Below, in pieces: positions 9,774-20,385 of a stretch of DNA of 64,000 nucleotides. The stretch's first letter is position 1. Each line of letters starts with the position of its first letter. Below the pieces are notes generated by a model. It saw only the letters and a program-made list of their open reading frames with translations, was not told where the DNA came from and ran no database searches. A program made the position numbers and the translations under genes. Origin of the DNA: Spirochaetia bacterium (lineage in GTDB: Bacteria > Spirochaetota > Spirochaetia > DSM-2461); NCBI GenBank assembly GCA_963666985.2, contig CAXXIA010000001.1, positions 928,001-992,000 on the forward strand. The letters are read 5' to 3'.

Positions 9774-10724
9774 CTAAAGAGCAGCCAAGGCGTCTTTAAC
9801 CCTGGCGGCCGTATCGGCATCAACCCAACGGGTCCAGACATCTTCCCTGTTGTTCAAAAACCAGACGGCGATCTCTTCCGCGTCCCATTCCTCCGCTTCC
9901 ATTTTTGCGAGGAACTCATTGTTCATATCGACATCGGTGGAATACGCCTTCAGGAATTCCACGACATCCGGCGCCTTTTCGGGCATATCTTTATTAACAA
10001 GAATATTAACGTCCGCCGGATCGAATTCGCTTCCTTTAAGAGCGACCATGTCCAAACGCCCAAGAATGGCGGTAGGAGCCCAATAGTAACCGACCCATCC
10101 TTCCTTTTTTTCATATGCGGCAACCATCGTGGCGGCCAGAGCGGCACCGGAACCGGCTACGCTGAGGTTGAATTGATCGTCCAATCCGAATTTATTGAAG
10201 ATTTCTTCACTGATTTCCAACTGCTGCCAGCCGGCAACCCCGCCATAAACAACGCCCTTTTTGGAATCTTCCGGATCAGGAAAGAGTTCGGCATACTTTT
10301 TCAGGTCTTCCACCGACTTTAAATCCGGAGCCGCCGCGCCGTTTCCTTCAACCATATACCGCGGAACCCACCACGCCTGCGGACCGTCGGGCAAGTTTTT
10401 TCCAAGGTCGATGATATCACCGAAATCAATGCCTTTTTGATAAGCCTCACGATAATTGGAATGCCAGGATTCCATATCGATATCGATATCGCCCTGAATA
10501 AGGCCGTTGATGGTAACAAGCGTATCGGCGGCCGTAAACTCCGCCTTATATCCTCCGAGACCGTTCTCAATGATAAAGGCCGCGATTCTGTTATGAACCT
10601 GGACGCTGTTCCAGGATAAATCTCCAAAAACCAGAGTGGTTTCTTGTTCTTCCGTACCGCCGCCGAAGGCGGCAAATGACATGGTCATAATAAGGACCAT
10701 GGAAACCAACGAGAGTTTCTTCAT
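9774..10724 (-). CDS. proX: Osmoprotectant ABC substrate-binding protein (ProX/OpuAC family)
   Basis: LSWNSV, DIDMESW and YYWAPT aromatic-cage-type motifs; signal peptide. Start at 10724 chosen from GGAG spacing (the ORF-track start at 10817 is too far upstream). Confidence 0.88.
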   Translation of the reverse strand: MKKLSLVSMVLIMTMSFAAFGGGTEEQETTLVFGDLSWNSVQVHNRIAAFIIENGLGGYKAEFTAADTLVTINGLIQGDIDIDMESWHSNYREAYQKGIDFGDIIDLGKNLPDGPQAWWVPRYMVEGNGAAAPDLKSVEDLKKYAELFPDPEDSKKGVVYGGVAGWQQLEISEEIFNKFGLDDQFNLSVAGSGAALAATMVAAYEKKEGWVGYYWAPTAILGRLDMVALKGSEFDPADVNILVNKDMPEKAPDVVEFLKAYSTDVDMNNEFLAKMEAEEWDAEEIAVWFLNNREDVWTRWVDADTAARVKDALAAL

Positions 10725-10750
10725 TTTCATCTCCAATATAAATGTAATTA

Positions 10751-10787
10751 TATTTAGTACACTATAGAATGAGGATGGGAGGGTCAA
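10751..10787 (-). promoter_or_regulatory. proX promoter with an overlapping EctR/CosR-type pseudopalindromic operator
   Basis: Minus-strand TTGACC (10782-10787), 17 nt, TAGTGT (10759-10764). Pseudopalindrome TATTTAGT-AC-ACTATAGA at 10751-10768. Confidence 0.75.
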
Positions 10788-10969
10788 GCGCCGCACCTCG
10801 GATAATAAGTTTCCCATTAAGAAATAAAATGATTACAATCAAAGAACGGGAAATTGTATGCCGGTTTAAATATATTGAATACTATTGTTTAATCGCGGCC
10901 TCATCGGTCTCTTGCCAATCCCCCCGACTCCGAGAACAATGTATTTCGGGCGGCAAGAGAGAACAGCGA

Positions 10970-11476
10970 ATGATAAATGACAGTGATATGCTTTTGGTAA
11001 CTCTGCGCCGGATAATCAGGGCCATCGATCTGCATTCGAAAAGCCTTACGAAGAAATACGGATTAACCGGCCCGCAGCTCCTTATTCTTAAGGAACTTTA
11101 CAAAAATGACGATTTAACAATCGGACGAACGGCTCGGAACGTTAATCTCAGTCAGGCGACAGTAACGACCATTCTCGATCGTCTTGAAAAACTCGGCTAT
11201 GTCCAAAGAATTCGGAACTCTTTCGATAAAAGAAAAGTAAATCTCATCTTATCTGAAAAGGCGACGAGGATTCTCGACGGGAATCCCAGCCTGCTCCAGG
11301 AAGATTTCATCAATCGATTCGAGGAACTGGAAGATTGGGAAAAGACGCTGCTGCTCTCTTCGCTCCAGCGCATCGCGTCGATGATGAATGCCGGTGATAT
11401 CATTTCTCCGCCTGTTTTGGTCAGCGGCCCTCTGGCCGCGACGGAAAAAGAAGTCGACGATTTTCTCGACGATTGA
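10970..11476 (+). CDS. MarR-family regulator, EctR/CosR-like
   Basis: LRRIIRAIDLHSK..GLTGPQLLIL..LSQATVT.ILDRLE..DKRKV..P.LLQE.F..LQRIASMM.A, the pattern of EctR/CosR osmoregulatory repressors. Start at ATG 10970. Confidence 0.88.
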   Translation: MINDSDMLLVTLRRIIRAIDLHSKSLTKKYGLTGPQLLILKELYKNDDLTIGRTARNVNLSQATVTTILDRLEKLGYVQRIRNSFDKRKVNLILSEKATRILDGNPSLLQEDFINRFEELEDWEKTLLLSSLQRIASMMNAGDIISPPVLVSGPLAATEKEVDDFLDD

Positions 11477-11621
11477 AACCTCTGCGGTGAAAATAGACCT
11501 TTTCGAACGAAAAACCGGCAAGATGTTTTCGGAGATTTCTCGGTGATAATTCGTTTCGGCGCTGCAACGGCGCTGTGAAGCCCGCGCGAAAACGCATCGG
11601 CGCGGGCTTAAGCGTACGAAG

Positions 11622-11653
11622 AAAAACCGCACCTTATTCGGATGCGGTTTTTT
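11622..11653. terminator. Bidirectional intrinsic terminator between the convergent marR and leuD genes
   Basis: AAAAACCGCA-CC..GG-ATGCGGTTTTTT stem flanked by A and T runs. A second 10-bp hairpin lies at 11578-11609. Confidence 0.75.
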
Positions 11654-11678
11654 AGACGAGTCGATTTATAGAAACCTA

Positions 11679-12272
11679 TCAGACATACGGAAGGGAGCGC
11701 GCGACCCTTTCAACGGCATCCATACGCGATGCGAGAACGCCCGTGGAATCCCAGCTCCCGTCCAGGAGCGCCTGCCTGTAGGATTCGGGCATGGAAGCAT
11801 TCCAACTCTTATCGGAGGTCGATACGGTCATCGATTCCAAATCAATACGAATCGCTGTATCGGGAGCCGATTCAATCAAAGCCTGGAGTTCCATGGCATC
11901 CTTGTGATGGAGAATTACGGCAGGAATCCCCAGTGAAGAGCAGTTGCCCGCAAAGATTTCGGCGAAGGATTCCGCGATAACAGCCTTGATTCCGTAATCC
12001 TTCAGAGCCTGCGGAGCATGTTCTCTGGAAGATCCGCATCCGAAATTGGCATTGCCGACGAGAACGGGATGGCCGGACCATCGAGAATCATCGAAGGGAT
12101 GATTTTTTTTATGTCCTTCTTCATCCACCCTCTCATCGTTGAAAGCGAATTCTCCCAAGCCTGCGAACGTGACGCATTTCATGAAACGCGCGGGAATAAT
12201 TCGATCGGTATCGATGTCATTGCCGCGTACGGCGATTCCCATTCCCTCGAAGTTCTTAATCACTTGACTCAT
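11679..12272 (-). CDS. leuD: 3-isopropylmalate dehydratase small subunit
   Basis: [31 protein letters not shown]. Confidence 0.95.
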   Translation of the reverse strand: MSQVIKNFEGMGIAVRGNDIDTDRIIPARFMKCVTFAGLGEFAFNDERVDEEGHKKNHPFDDSRWSGHPVLVGNANFGCGSSREHAPQALKDYGIKAVIAESFAEIFAGNCSSLGIPAVILHHKDAMELQALIESAPDTAIRIDLESMTVSTSDKSWNASMPESYRQALLDGSWDSTGVLASRMDAVERVARSLPYV

Positions 12273-13672
12273 CGAATACCCCCATTATTCCTGATATCGA
12301 CGATTTTACCCGCGATGGCCGCCGCCGCCGCCATTTTGGGACTGACAAGAAGTGTTCTGCCCGTGGGAGAGCCCTGTCTGCCGATGAAGTTTCTGTTGGA
12401 TGTGCTCGCCGAGAGCTGACGCCCCTGCAGTTTGTCCGGATTCATGGCCAGACACATGGAGCAGCCGGCTTTTCTCCATTGGAATCCGGCCTGTGTAAAG
12501 ATTTTATCCAAACCTTCCGCTTCGGCGGCTTTCGCCACTTCCTGACTTCCGGGAACAACCAAAGCAACAACTCCGGCAGCCACGCTGTGTCCTTTCGCCG
12601 TTTCCGCGGCTTCCCGAAGATCCGTTAATCTGCCGTTGGTGCAGGAACCGATAAACACGACATCGATCTTCTTTCCGAGCATCGTTTCACCGGGTTTAAA
12701 TCCCATATATTCATAGGCGCGGGCCGCGGTTTCCCGTTCATCTTCCGGCAGAGATTCGGTTTCCGGGAGAACCCCGTCTACCGAAACGACTTGTCCGGGA
12801 TTGATTCCCCATGTCACCATGGGTGAAAGTTTCGAGGCGTCCATGACGTATTCATCATCGTAGGCTGCATCCGCGTCGGATTTCATTTCTTCACCGAAGG
12901 CGATCATGGATTCATAATCTTTGACATAAGGGCGGCCTTTCAGCCATTCATAGGTTACCTTATCCGGATTTACGTACCCAACCCTGGCGCCGCCTTCGAT
13001 ACTCATATTGCAGAGAGTCATGCGTTCTTCCATGCTCAACGACTCAACGGCCTCTCCGCCGTATTCATAGGCATAGCCGAGACCGCCGTTAACTCCGAGT
13101 TCACCGATGATGGCCAGAATCAAATCTTTTGCGCCGACACCTTCGGGAAGACGTCCGTTGACGGTAATCCTGCGGACTTTCGGTTTGGCGATGGCCATGG
13201 TCTGAGTGGCCAGGATATCCCGTACCTGACTTGTTCCGACACCGAACGCGATTGCGCCGAAGGCGCCGTGCGTGGCCGTATGCGAATCGCCGCAGGCAAT
13301 GGTCATGCCGGGCTGCGTGAGCCCCTGCTCCGGTCCGACGACATGAACGACTCCCTGTTTCCCGCTTTCTATTCCGAAAAACGTAATTCCGTATTCCGAA
13401 GTATTCTCTTCAAGCGCCTGAAGCATTTTTTCGGCAAGAGGATCGGCAAAGGGACGGGATCGATCATCCGTTGGGATGATGTGATCCGAAGTGGCGTAGG
13501 TTCTCAAAGGATACTTGACTCCCAGTTTCCGTTCCTTCAGCATCCCAAAAGCCTGGGGAGAGGTGACTTCATGAATAAGATGCAGGCCGATAAAAAGCTG
13601 ATCCTGCCCCGAGGGGAGCGTTCCAACCTTATGGCGCTCCCAGACCTTTTCCAATAAATTCTTTCCTGCCAT
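12269..13672 (-). CDS. leuC: 3-isopropylmalate dehydratase large subunit
   Basis: [40 protein letters not shown]. Start MAGKNL at 13672 follows GGGAGG. Confidence 0.96.
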   Translation of the reverse strand: MAGKNLLEKVWERHKVGTLPSGQDQLFIGLHLIHEVTSPQAFGMLKERKLGVKYPLRTYATSDHIIPTDDRSRPFADPLAEKMLQALEENTSEYGITFFGIESGKQGVVHVVGPEQGLTQPGMTIACGDSHTATHGAFGAIAFGVGTSQVRDILATQTMAIAKPKVRRITVNGRLPEGVGAKDLILAIIGELGVNGGLGYAYEYGGEAVESLSMEERMTLCNMSIEGGARVGYVNPDKVTYEWLKGRPYVKDYESMIAFGEEMKSDADAAYDDEYVMDASKLSPMVTWGINPGQVVSVDGVLPETESLPEDERETAARAYEYMGFKPGETMLGKKIDVVFIGSCTNGRLTDLREAAETAKGHSVAAGVVALVVPGSQEVAKAAEAEGLDKIFTQAGFQWRKAGCSMCLAMNPDKLQGRQLSASTSNRNFIGRQGSPTGRTLLVSPKMAAAAAIAGKIVDIRNNGGIR

Positions 13673-13807
13673 AAAAACCTCCCGGACGGCGAGTGGTGAA
13701 CCCATTACGATCGTCGATGTCGCCGATGGCTTAGATTTGTATTTTATAATCGACAATGCTGTAAAAAATGACTTTTTCTGACTTCTATTTATCCTATACT
13801 AACAAAC

Positions 13808-14743
13808 ATGGCGCAATCGGAATATATAAGGCCTTATTCGGCACCTTCCCGCTCTTATTTTCTATCCATACCCTATGATTCGGGTTCCGCGGTTCTGACC
13901 TTTCTGCATGCGGGACGTTCCTCTTGGCCGCGCGATGATGCGGGACCGGCCGTATCAACCGAAAGAGGACACAGCCATTCGGTTTACCATGCCGTTCTTT
14001 ATACATCGGGCCATAATATTATGATTCATGAAGGCGGGAAACATCCCTGCAGACGGGGAACTTTGGTTCTTACCGATCCGGGATGTGTTCATGAATATCG
14101 CCCGCAAACGGCCGGAGGTGCGTCATTTATCGAAATAACGTTCAACTTGCGCTGCGGCAATGTCTCGGTCACTCCGCCGTGGAAGCATCTTTTGTCGTAT
14201 TGGCTGGGGATAAACGAAGTAAAAGCGAGCTGGCCCGTAAATATTCCTCCGCCCGACTTGGAACGCCTGGAAGGATTGATGAACGCCATCGTATCTTCTC
14301 TCAATGACGATACGGGATTATCGGAAGCCGCCTCCGCGCTGGCCATGGGTGAATTCATCCTTAATCTGGGAGATTATTTTACTCGCGACGGTATTTCGGA
14401 CGCCCCGGCAAAACTGGATGGAATTGAAAAGGCGAAGCGATACCTTGAAAAGAATTTTTCAGATTCCGTTTCCATCTCGGATTTGGCCCGGATAGCCTGC
14501 TTAAGCGAAGGCGCTTTTATCCGCTCTTTTTCCACTCGTTTCGGGTTTTCTCCCATGGTATACCGAAAAAGACTGCGTATTACGGCGGCGAAACATCTTC
14601 TGGCGGTTTCCGGACGTTCCATAGGAGAAATCGCATCGAATGTCGGGTACGGCGATATCTATGTCTTTTCCCGAACATTCAAAACGGAAGTCGGAAAAAC
14701 GGCTTCTCAATGGAGAAAAGATAAGAATAAAGAAGATTCTTAG
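13808..14743 (+). CDS. AraC-family transcriptional regulator with a cupin sensor domain
   Basis: N-terminal HSHSVYH cupin-like motif; C-terminal double HTH (LARIACLS..F.R.F; IGEIASNVGYGDIYVFSRTFK). Confidence 0.9.
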   Translation: MAQSEYIRPYSAPSRSYFLSIPYDSGSAVLTFLHAGRSSWPRDDAGPAVSTERGHSHSVYHAVLYTSGHNIMIHEGGKHPCRRGTLVLTDPGCVHEYRPQTAGGASFIEITFNLRCGNVSVTPPWKHLLSYWLGINEVKASWPVNIPPPDLERLEGLMNAIVSSLNDDTGLSEAASALAMGEFILNLGDYFTRDGISDAPAKLDGIEKAKRYLEKNFSDSVSISDLARIACLSEGAFIRSFSTRFGFSPMVYRKRLRITAAKHLLAVSGRSIGEIASNVGYGDIYVFSRTFKTEVGKTASQWRKDKNKEDS

Positions 14744-14821
14744 GCCGAATGTCGGGTGTTCTTCTTGAGGCTCTTTTATAAAGAATATTTTCGTCCGGCC
14801 GGCGCGCCGCCCGATGTATGA

Positions 14822-15601
14822 TTATTCTTTCCAGGGAAAAATCATGCCCTTGAGAGTCCTTTTGCCGATCCGGTCTTTCTCGTCGATCAGCAGTTCCGCC
14901 CAGGGGACTTCATTTCTTTTGGCTTCGGGATGTTCTTCCAGCCAGTCGTACTTGAACATGAGAAGACGCAGAACAACATCCAGATATAAAAGAATCCCGG
15001 CAGGGCCGAATCCGCCGAATGCGGTAAATGTCCAAAGAACCAATTGAACGGGAATCATAATGAATCCGGTAAATAAGGAAATACCGATATTATCGAGCAT
15101 GATGAGCATGCTCTTCTTAAGACTTTTCACGATGCCGCCGGTAAGGCGATTTCGTACCGGGAAATACCAAATGGCCGTGAGGTATGCGGCCACGGCCAGC
15201 CAGAAGAGAACCGCCGTCGCCGCCAAACCGATCATGTTCTTTAAGCTTGAGTAATACAGGATGCCGAATCCGGATATCGCAAAAAAAACGGCTGCTACAA
15301 GACAGAGAAAGAGCGATGCCGCCCATGTTGATTTAAACAGTTTCGGAATATCGGACCAAGCCGGTCTTCGAAAATCCGCAATAGAAGAAAGCAGAGAAGA
15401 AACGACTCCGGCAATGATAAAAACAAGGGGAATCACAAAGAAGAGAAACACCCATCCCCAGGAATTTTCGGCTTCGAAGAGTTTGAACATCGGCCAAAAA
15501 CCTGCGGCCAGCAGAAGCATTATGGTGATGTTTCCAAGGAGTACGGCACCCAGATTGTCCCAAGCATCAAAAAAAGACTTCTTAATCGCCAGAAAAAACA
15601 T
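14822..15601 (-). CDS. Multi-pass membrane protein of unknown function
   Basis: 259 aa with about 6 hydrophobic segments; GGAG RBS; co-oriented with the upstream genes. Confidence 0.8.
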   Translation of the reverse strand: MFFLAIKKSFFDAWDNLGAVLLGNITIMLLLAAGFWPMFKLFEAENSWGWVFLFFVIPLVFIIAGVVSSLLSSIADFRRPAWSDIPKLFKSTWAASLFLCLVAAVFFAISGFGILYYSSLKNMIGLAATAVLFWLAVAAYLTAIWYFPVRNRLTGGIVKSLKKSMLIMLDNIGISLFTGFIMIPVQLVLWTFTAFGGFGPAGILLYLDVVLRLLMFKYDWLEEHPEAKRNEVPWAELLIDEKDRIGKRTLKGMIFPWKE

Positions 15602-15628
15602 AATCAGCTCCGAAATCCCGTTTGGATT

Positions 15629-16357
15629 TTAAATCTCACGAATCTTGCCCATACGATGCCAGTGTGAGGCCAGATAGACAAGGGGGGTATCGGCGGCCGC
15701 AACGATCCATTTCAGAACGTACGTGGAGGCCGCGATTTCCCAGAAATCGCGGCCGGGAACACTGCCGGCAAAGGCAATCGTAACGAAAATGAGCGTATCG
15801 ATTGCCTGACTGACCATGGTCGAAGCATTGTTGCGAAGCCATATCCAGCGGCCGTCCGGCCGTCGTTCTTTAAGCCGATCGTAAGCCCAAACGTCGTGAA
15901 CCTGACTGAAACCGTACGCCAGAAAACTCGCCAAGGCGATTCTCGGAAGAAGCGCATAGAGCGTTTCCATGCTCTCTTGAGCGAAATCGATCGGCGCCGG
16001 CTTGAACCACAGAGACACATTCATAAGAACCGTGAGTGAAATAAGTGATATAAAGCCGATTCCCACGGCCTTATGCGCATCTTTCTTACCGTGATTTTCC
16101 GAAAGGATATCCGTCGCCAGAAAACTCGTCGCATAGACGATATTCCCCAGTGATGAGGTTAATCCGAAAAGATGGACCGTCTTAATCACCTGGATGTTGG
16201 CGATGATGACGGCTATGGGAACCCATGCGAAAAGCCCGATGCGTCCGAACACACGATAGGAAATCAGAATAAAGAAGAAATTCAAAACAAGCATCAACAG
16301 CCAAAGAATTTCGTTGCCGGCCGGGATTTCCGCAAAAAAAGAAACGAAGCCGTTCAC
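15629..16357 (-). CDS. Queuosine precursor transporter (YhhQ/VUT family)
   Basis: ANIQVIK, FLATDILSE.HGK, RIALASFLAY..SQ..DVW, RNNASTMVSQAIDT. Confidence 0.88.
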   Translation of the reverse strand: MNGFVSFFAEIPAGNEILWLLMLVLNFFFILISYRVFGRIGLFAWVPIAVIIANIQVIKTVHLFGLTSSLGNIVYATSFLATDILSENHGKKDAHKAVGIGFISLISLTVLMNVSLWFKPAPIDFAQESMETLYALLPRIALASFLAYGFSQVHDVWAYDRLKERRPDGRWIWLRNNASTMVSQAIDTLIFVTIAFAGSVPGRDFWEIAASTYVLKWIVAAADTPLVYLASHWHRMGKIREI

Positions 16358-16746
16358 AATGTTCCTTCTCGAATCTCCAGGCTGCCGCTCCAGCGGCTCA
16401 CGGTATTGCCGGAAAAAGAACGAATACGCACAAAAACGATTTCTTTTTCTTTCAAAATAAGTTCAAGTTCCGTTCCGCTGAGGGTCCAGGATTTCTCCGT
16501 ACTTTGAAAATCTTCGGTTTTCGACGATTGGATTTCGTACCCGTCGGCGTCGGCAACCGGTGCCCATGATATCAAAACACGTCCGAGCGGGCGTGCGACG
16601 GGCTTTTCGAAACGGGGACGGGAAAGGATGCCTTCCATTTCCTCATTCGAGGAAACGTTTGAATCCGTTTTGACTCCCGAGGCGCATGAGGCGGCCGCGA
16701 GAGTCAAAACGAAAAAGAGTGCTGTGTAAAACGTAGGTCGTATCAT
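16354..16746 (-). CDS. Small lipoprotein with a fibronectin-III-like domain
   Basis: Lipobox-like AASC. ISWAPVADADGYEIQ..VRIRSF..SRWS is an FN3-type pattern. 4-nt overlap with the transporter gene. Confidence 0.7.
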   Translation of the reverse strand: MIRPTFYTALFFVLTLAAASCASGVKTDSNVSSNEEMEGILSRPRFEKPVARPLGRVLISWAPVADADGYEIQSSKTEDFQSTEKSWTLSGTELELILKEKEIVFVRIRSFSGNTVSRWSGSLEIREGTL

Positions 16747-16796
16747 CTTCGGCGCATCATATCGATAAGGCTGACGACTGTCGAGCGTTACCGCGG

Positions 16797-17744
16797 TTAT
16801 CTTGAGCCTTGATCAAACGGTTCTCCGGAAGCCCGCGGAGCTTGAGAAGACTTCGAGAATGCTATAAGAGCCAGCAGCGTCACGACATACGGGAAGGCTT
16901 TGAGAATAAGTCCGGGAATCGTGGAAAGTGCCGGTACAACCTGTGAAACATTGGCCAGGGTGCTGGCGAATCCGAAGAAAAACGTTGCGCCCAGAATGCC
17001 GAGGGGCTTCCATTGTCCGAAGATAAGGGCTGCCAGCGCGAGAAATCCAAGACCCGCCACGGATCCGTTGAATTCCCCCGAATACGTTACCAGGATTATG
17101 GCTCCGCCCAAACCGGCGAACGCGCCGGACATCAGAACGGCCACGTAGCGAATCAGACGGACGTTCACACCGGCGGCATCGGCCGCATGGGGATGTTCGC
17201 CGCAGGCCCGAAGACGAAGGCCGAAGGGTGTTTTGTAAATGAGATACCAGCTTCCCAAGAGAATCAAAAGCACCAGCCATGTCGTCATGTAAGTCTGGGT
17301 GAAAAAAAGGTTTCCGATAACGGGGATTTTCGACAAAACCGGCATATTGAATCGCCTGAGCCCGCTGATAATGTTGATGTTGCCGCTTCCGGTGATATAG
17401 CGGGCGAAATAAACCGTCAGGGCGCCGGCGATCATGTTGATGGCCGTACCGCTGATGACTTGATTGGCATTCAGATTAATGCTGGCGAAAGCGTGCAGCA
17501 AGGAAAAAAGCGCACCGGCGATCATTCCGGCCAGGACTCCCATCCAAACCGCCGCGTCGCCCATGGACGGATAGAGTTTGGATACCGTCAGGGCGCTGGC
17601 GAACGACCCGATGATCATCAGGCCCTCCAGACCGATGTTCACAACGCCGGAACGCTCGCAAACAAGTCCTCCCAGTGACGTGATAAGAAGAGGAATCGTA
17701 TAGGTAATGGCATAAGGGAAGATGAAAACAATGATGTCCCACAT
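16797..17744 (-). CDS. Nucleoside-type ABC transporter permease (NupQ/YufQ-like)
   Basis: ERSGVVNIGLEG, GLRLRACGEHPHAADAAG, GFLALAALIFGQWKP. Start MWD at 17744. Confidence 0.9.
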   Translation of the reverse strand: MWDIIVFIFPYAITYTIPLLITSLGGLVCERSGVVNIGLEGLMIIGSFASALTVSKLYPSMGDAAVWMGVLAGMIAGALFSLLHAFASINLNANQVISGTAINMIAGALTVYFARYITGSGNINIISGLRRFNMPVLSKIPVIGNLFFTQTYMTTWLVLLILLGSWYLIYKTPFGLRLRACGEHPHAADAAGVNVRLIRYVAVLMSGAFAGLGGAIILVTYSGEFNGSVAGLGFLALAALIFGQWKPLGILGATFFFGFASTLANVSQVVPALSTIPGLILKAFPYVVTLLALIAFSKSSQAPRASGEPFDQGSR

Positions 17745-17745
17745 A

Positions 17746-18840
17746 TCAGCCGGCCTCCTTCGATGAACGTTCCAGCTTTCTATTGGCCAAAGCTTTACCG
17801 GCCCGATCAAGAAACCGTTCAATAAGCACGCTTGTGGCCGCGAAGTAGATGATCGTCGCGATGATGGTATCGCCGATTTGAGGCGGGATTTCCGTCATGG
17901 CGTTCATGAATCCTTTCCCTGAATGAAGAATGCCGAAGAAGAGAGCGGAGAAAAAGACTCCGAGAGGCGAGTTGGCCGCCAGAAGAGAAACGGCGATGCC
18001 GTCGAATCCCTGATTGGGAAGAACTCCGATTTGAATGTTCACCGCGTAGCCCGTATACAGAGTCAGGCCGCCTATTCCGGCCAGAGCGCCTGCGATGGTC
18101 ATGGACAGAACGATGTTTCGGTTTACCTTCATTCCGCCGTATTCGGCGGCAAAGCGATTAAAGCCGGCCGCTTTGAGTTCGTACCCCAGGACGGTCTTTT
18201 TTAAAATAATCCCGATAATCAGCACGACGATAATGGCGATGATAAGCCCCAAGTTGACATAAGAGCCGTCGAACATTTCAGTCAGCCAGGGAACGCGGAG
18301 AGAAGCGATATCCGGAATCTTTCGCGATTCGGTTTCCAGAAACTTTCCTTTGAAATATCTGGGGATTGTGTAGTAGACCACCCAGTACGCCAGCCAATTC
18401 ATCATGATCGTGGCCACGACTTCGTGAACATTGAAAAGAGCCTTAAGAAGTCCCGGTATAAATCCCCATAAAGCTCCGCCCACAATCGCGGCCAGGAACA
18501 TCAGGAGTAAAAGCAGAGGTTTGGGAAGAACCACCGTCAGAGCGACAACGGTGGCTGAAAGTCCTCCCGCCAAAAGCTGCCCGGAAGCGCCGATATTGAA
18601 AAGTCCGGTTTTAAACGCGAAAGCGACGGACAAACCCGTCAGGATAAGAGGGGTTGCGGTGGCCAGTGAATTCCCGATTCGTTCTATATTCATCAGACCG
18701 CCGCGGAAAAGGTAATAGTAGCCGGCGAAAGGATTGCTTCCGGTACAGAGCATGAAAATCGCACCGGCGATAAGGCCGAGAAACATGGCAATGAGCGCCA
18801 CCCAAATACTGCGCGGAATCTTGGGGAATTTTAATTTCAT
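17746..18840 (-). CDS. Nucleoside-type ABC transporter permease (NupP/YufP-like)
   Basis: GLFNIGASGQ, HEVVATIMMN, GFDGIAVSLL. Confidence 0.9.
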   Translation of the reverse strand: MKLKFPKIPRSIWVALIAMFLGLIAGAIFMLCTGSNPFAGYYYLFRGGLMNIERIGNSLATATPLILTGLSVAFAFKTGLFNIGASGQLLAGGLSATVVALTVVLPKPLLLLLMFLAAIVGGALWGFIPGLLKALFNVHEVVATIMMNWLAYWVVYYTIPRYFKGKFLETESRKIPDIASLRVPWLTEMFDGSYVNLGLIIAIIVVLIIGIILKKTVLGYELKAAGFNRFAAEYGGMKVNRNIVLSMTIAGALAGIGGLTLYTGYAVNIQIGVLPNQGFDGIAVSLLAANSPLGVFFSALFFGILHSGKGFMNAMTEIPPQIGDTIIATIIYFAATSVLIERFLDRAGKALANRKLERSSKEAG

Positions 18841-20366
18841 GATTCGGATCCTTTCGCCACACCGGCCATCATCAATCCGGCTTCATTTTCATCGATTTCG
18901 TCGGCATTCACCAAGCCTACAAGCTCTCCCTGACTGATCACGGCGATCCTGTCGGAAAGATCCAGGATTTCATCAAGTTCCAGGGAAACAAGGAATACGG
19001 CTTTTCCGGAGTCACGCTGTTCCACCAAACGCTTATGAATATATTCTATGGATCCCACATCCAAACCCCGGGTGGGCTGCACCGCTATCATGAGGCCCGG
19101 ATCGTGACTGATTTCCCTCCCCACAATGGCTTTCTGCTGATTCCCGCCGGATAAGGATCGTGCCGGGGTAACGCTTCCCTGCCCGGCTCGAACATCGAAG
19201 GCTTCGATGATTTTTTCCGAGTTTTTCCGAATCGCATCCCTTTTGAGAAAACCATGGCGATTAAACTCGTCTTTCCAGTAATTTTCCAGAATAAAATTGT
19301 CTTCAACCGAGTAATCGAGAACAAGACCGCGTTGCTGACGGTCTTCGGGGATGTGGGCCATCCCCATGGTAAAACGTTCCCGAATGCTTTTATCGGTTAT
19401 ATCTTCGCCGTTTAAGATAATGGTTCCGCTCTCGGCGCGGGTTAATCCGGTAATGGCTTCAACAAGTTCCGTCTGCCCGTTTCCGTCGACACCGGCCAAG
19501 CCTAAAATCTCACCTTCTCGAATTTCCAATGAAAAATCCTTTACTCCGAGGACTCCTCTCTTGTTCATCACGTTCAGATGTTTAATTTCAAGAACGGCTT
19601 TTCCCGCTTCGCGATCTTCCTTGTCAACGGTGAACGAAACTTCTCTTCCCACCATCATCCTCGCCATGGTTTCGGTATCGGTTTCATCGACATTGACCGT
19701 TCCGATAACTTTCCCGCGCCGAATAACGGTACAACGGTCGGCTATGGCCTTGATTTCTTTCAGCTTGTGGGTAATGAGGATAATGGATTTCCCCTCCGCG
19801 ATAAGGTTCTTCATTATCTGCATTAAATCGGTGATTTCCTGGGGCGTCAGTACGGCGGTCGGTTCGTCGAATATAAGAACTTCCGCGTCCCGATAGAGCA
19901 TTTTAAGAATCTCGACACGCTGCTGCATTCCCACCGAAACATCTTCAATCTTCGCCTCCGGATCCACATTCAGCCCATAATGCTCGGAAAGTTCTTTAAT
20001 TCTTTTCGAAGCGGAAGATAAATCCATTCCAAGCCCTTTGCGGGGCTCCAAGCCCAGTACGATATTTTCCGTTATGGTGAAATTATGGACAAGCTTGAAA
20101 TGCTGGTGCACCATCCCGATTCCCAGGTCGTTTGCCTGTGTAGGATTGGTAATTCTGACCTTCTCCCCCCTGACGCTGATACTGCCGCGATCCGGGTGAT
20201 AAAGTCCGAAAAGGATACTCATCAGCGTGGACTTGCCTGCGCCGTTTTCTCCAAGGAGGGCCAGAACCTCTCCTTTCTTCAGGATGATGCTGACATCGTC
20301 ATTGGCGACGATGCCGGGGAATTCTTTACGAATTCCCTTCATTTCAATGATTGGGATGTCCGCCAC
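18837..20366 (-). CDS. Nucleoside-type ABC transporter ATPase with two NBDs (NupO/YufO-like)
   Basis: GENGAGKST, DEPTAVLTPQE, LSGGNQQK, QPTRGLDVG; GTG start. Confidence 0.93.
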   Translation of the reverse strand: MADIPIIEMKGIRKEFPGIVANDDVSIILKKGEVLALLGENGAGKSTLMSILFGLYHPDRGSISVRGEKVRITNPTQANDLGIGMVHQHFKLVHNFTITENIVLGLEPRKGLGMDLSSASKRIKELSEHYGLNVDPEAKIEDVSVGMQQRVEILKMLYRDAEVLIFDEPTAVLTPQEITDLMQIMKNLIAEGKSIILITHKLKEIKAIADRCTVIRRGKVIGTVNVDETDTETMARMMVGREVSFTVDKEDREAGKAVLEIKHLNVMNKRGVLGVKDFSLEIREGEILGLAGVDGNGQTELVEAITGLTRAESGTIILNGEDITDKSIRERFTMGMAHIPEDRQQRGLVLDYSVEDNFILENYWKDEFNRHGFLKRDAIRKNSEKIIEAFDVRAGQGSVTPARSLSGGNQQKAIVGREISHDPGLMIAVQPTRGLDVGSIEYIHKRLVEQRDSGKAVFLVSLELDEILDLSDRIAVISQGELVGLVNADEIDENEAGLMMAGVAKGSES

Positions 20367-20385
20367 AACCGATCTCCTCTTAGTT

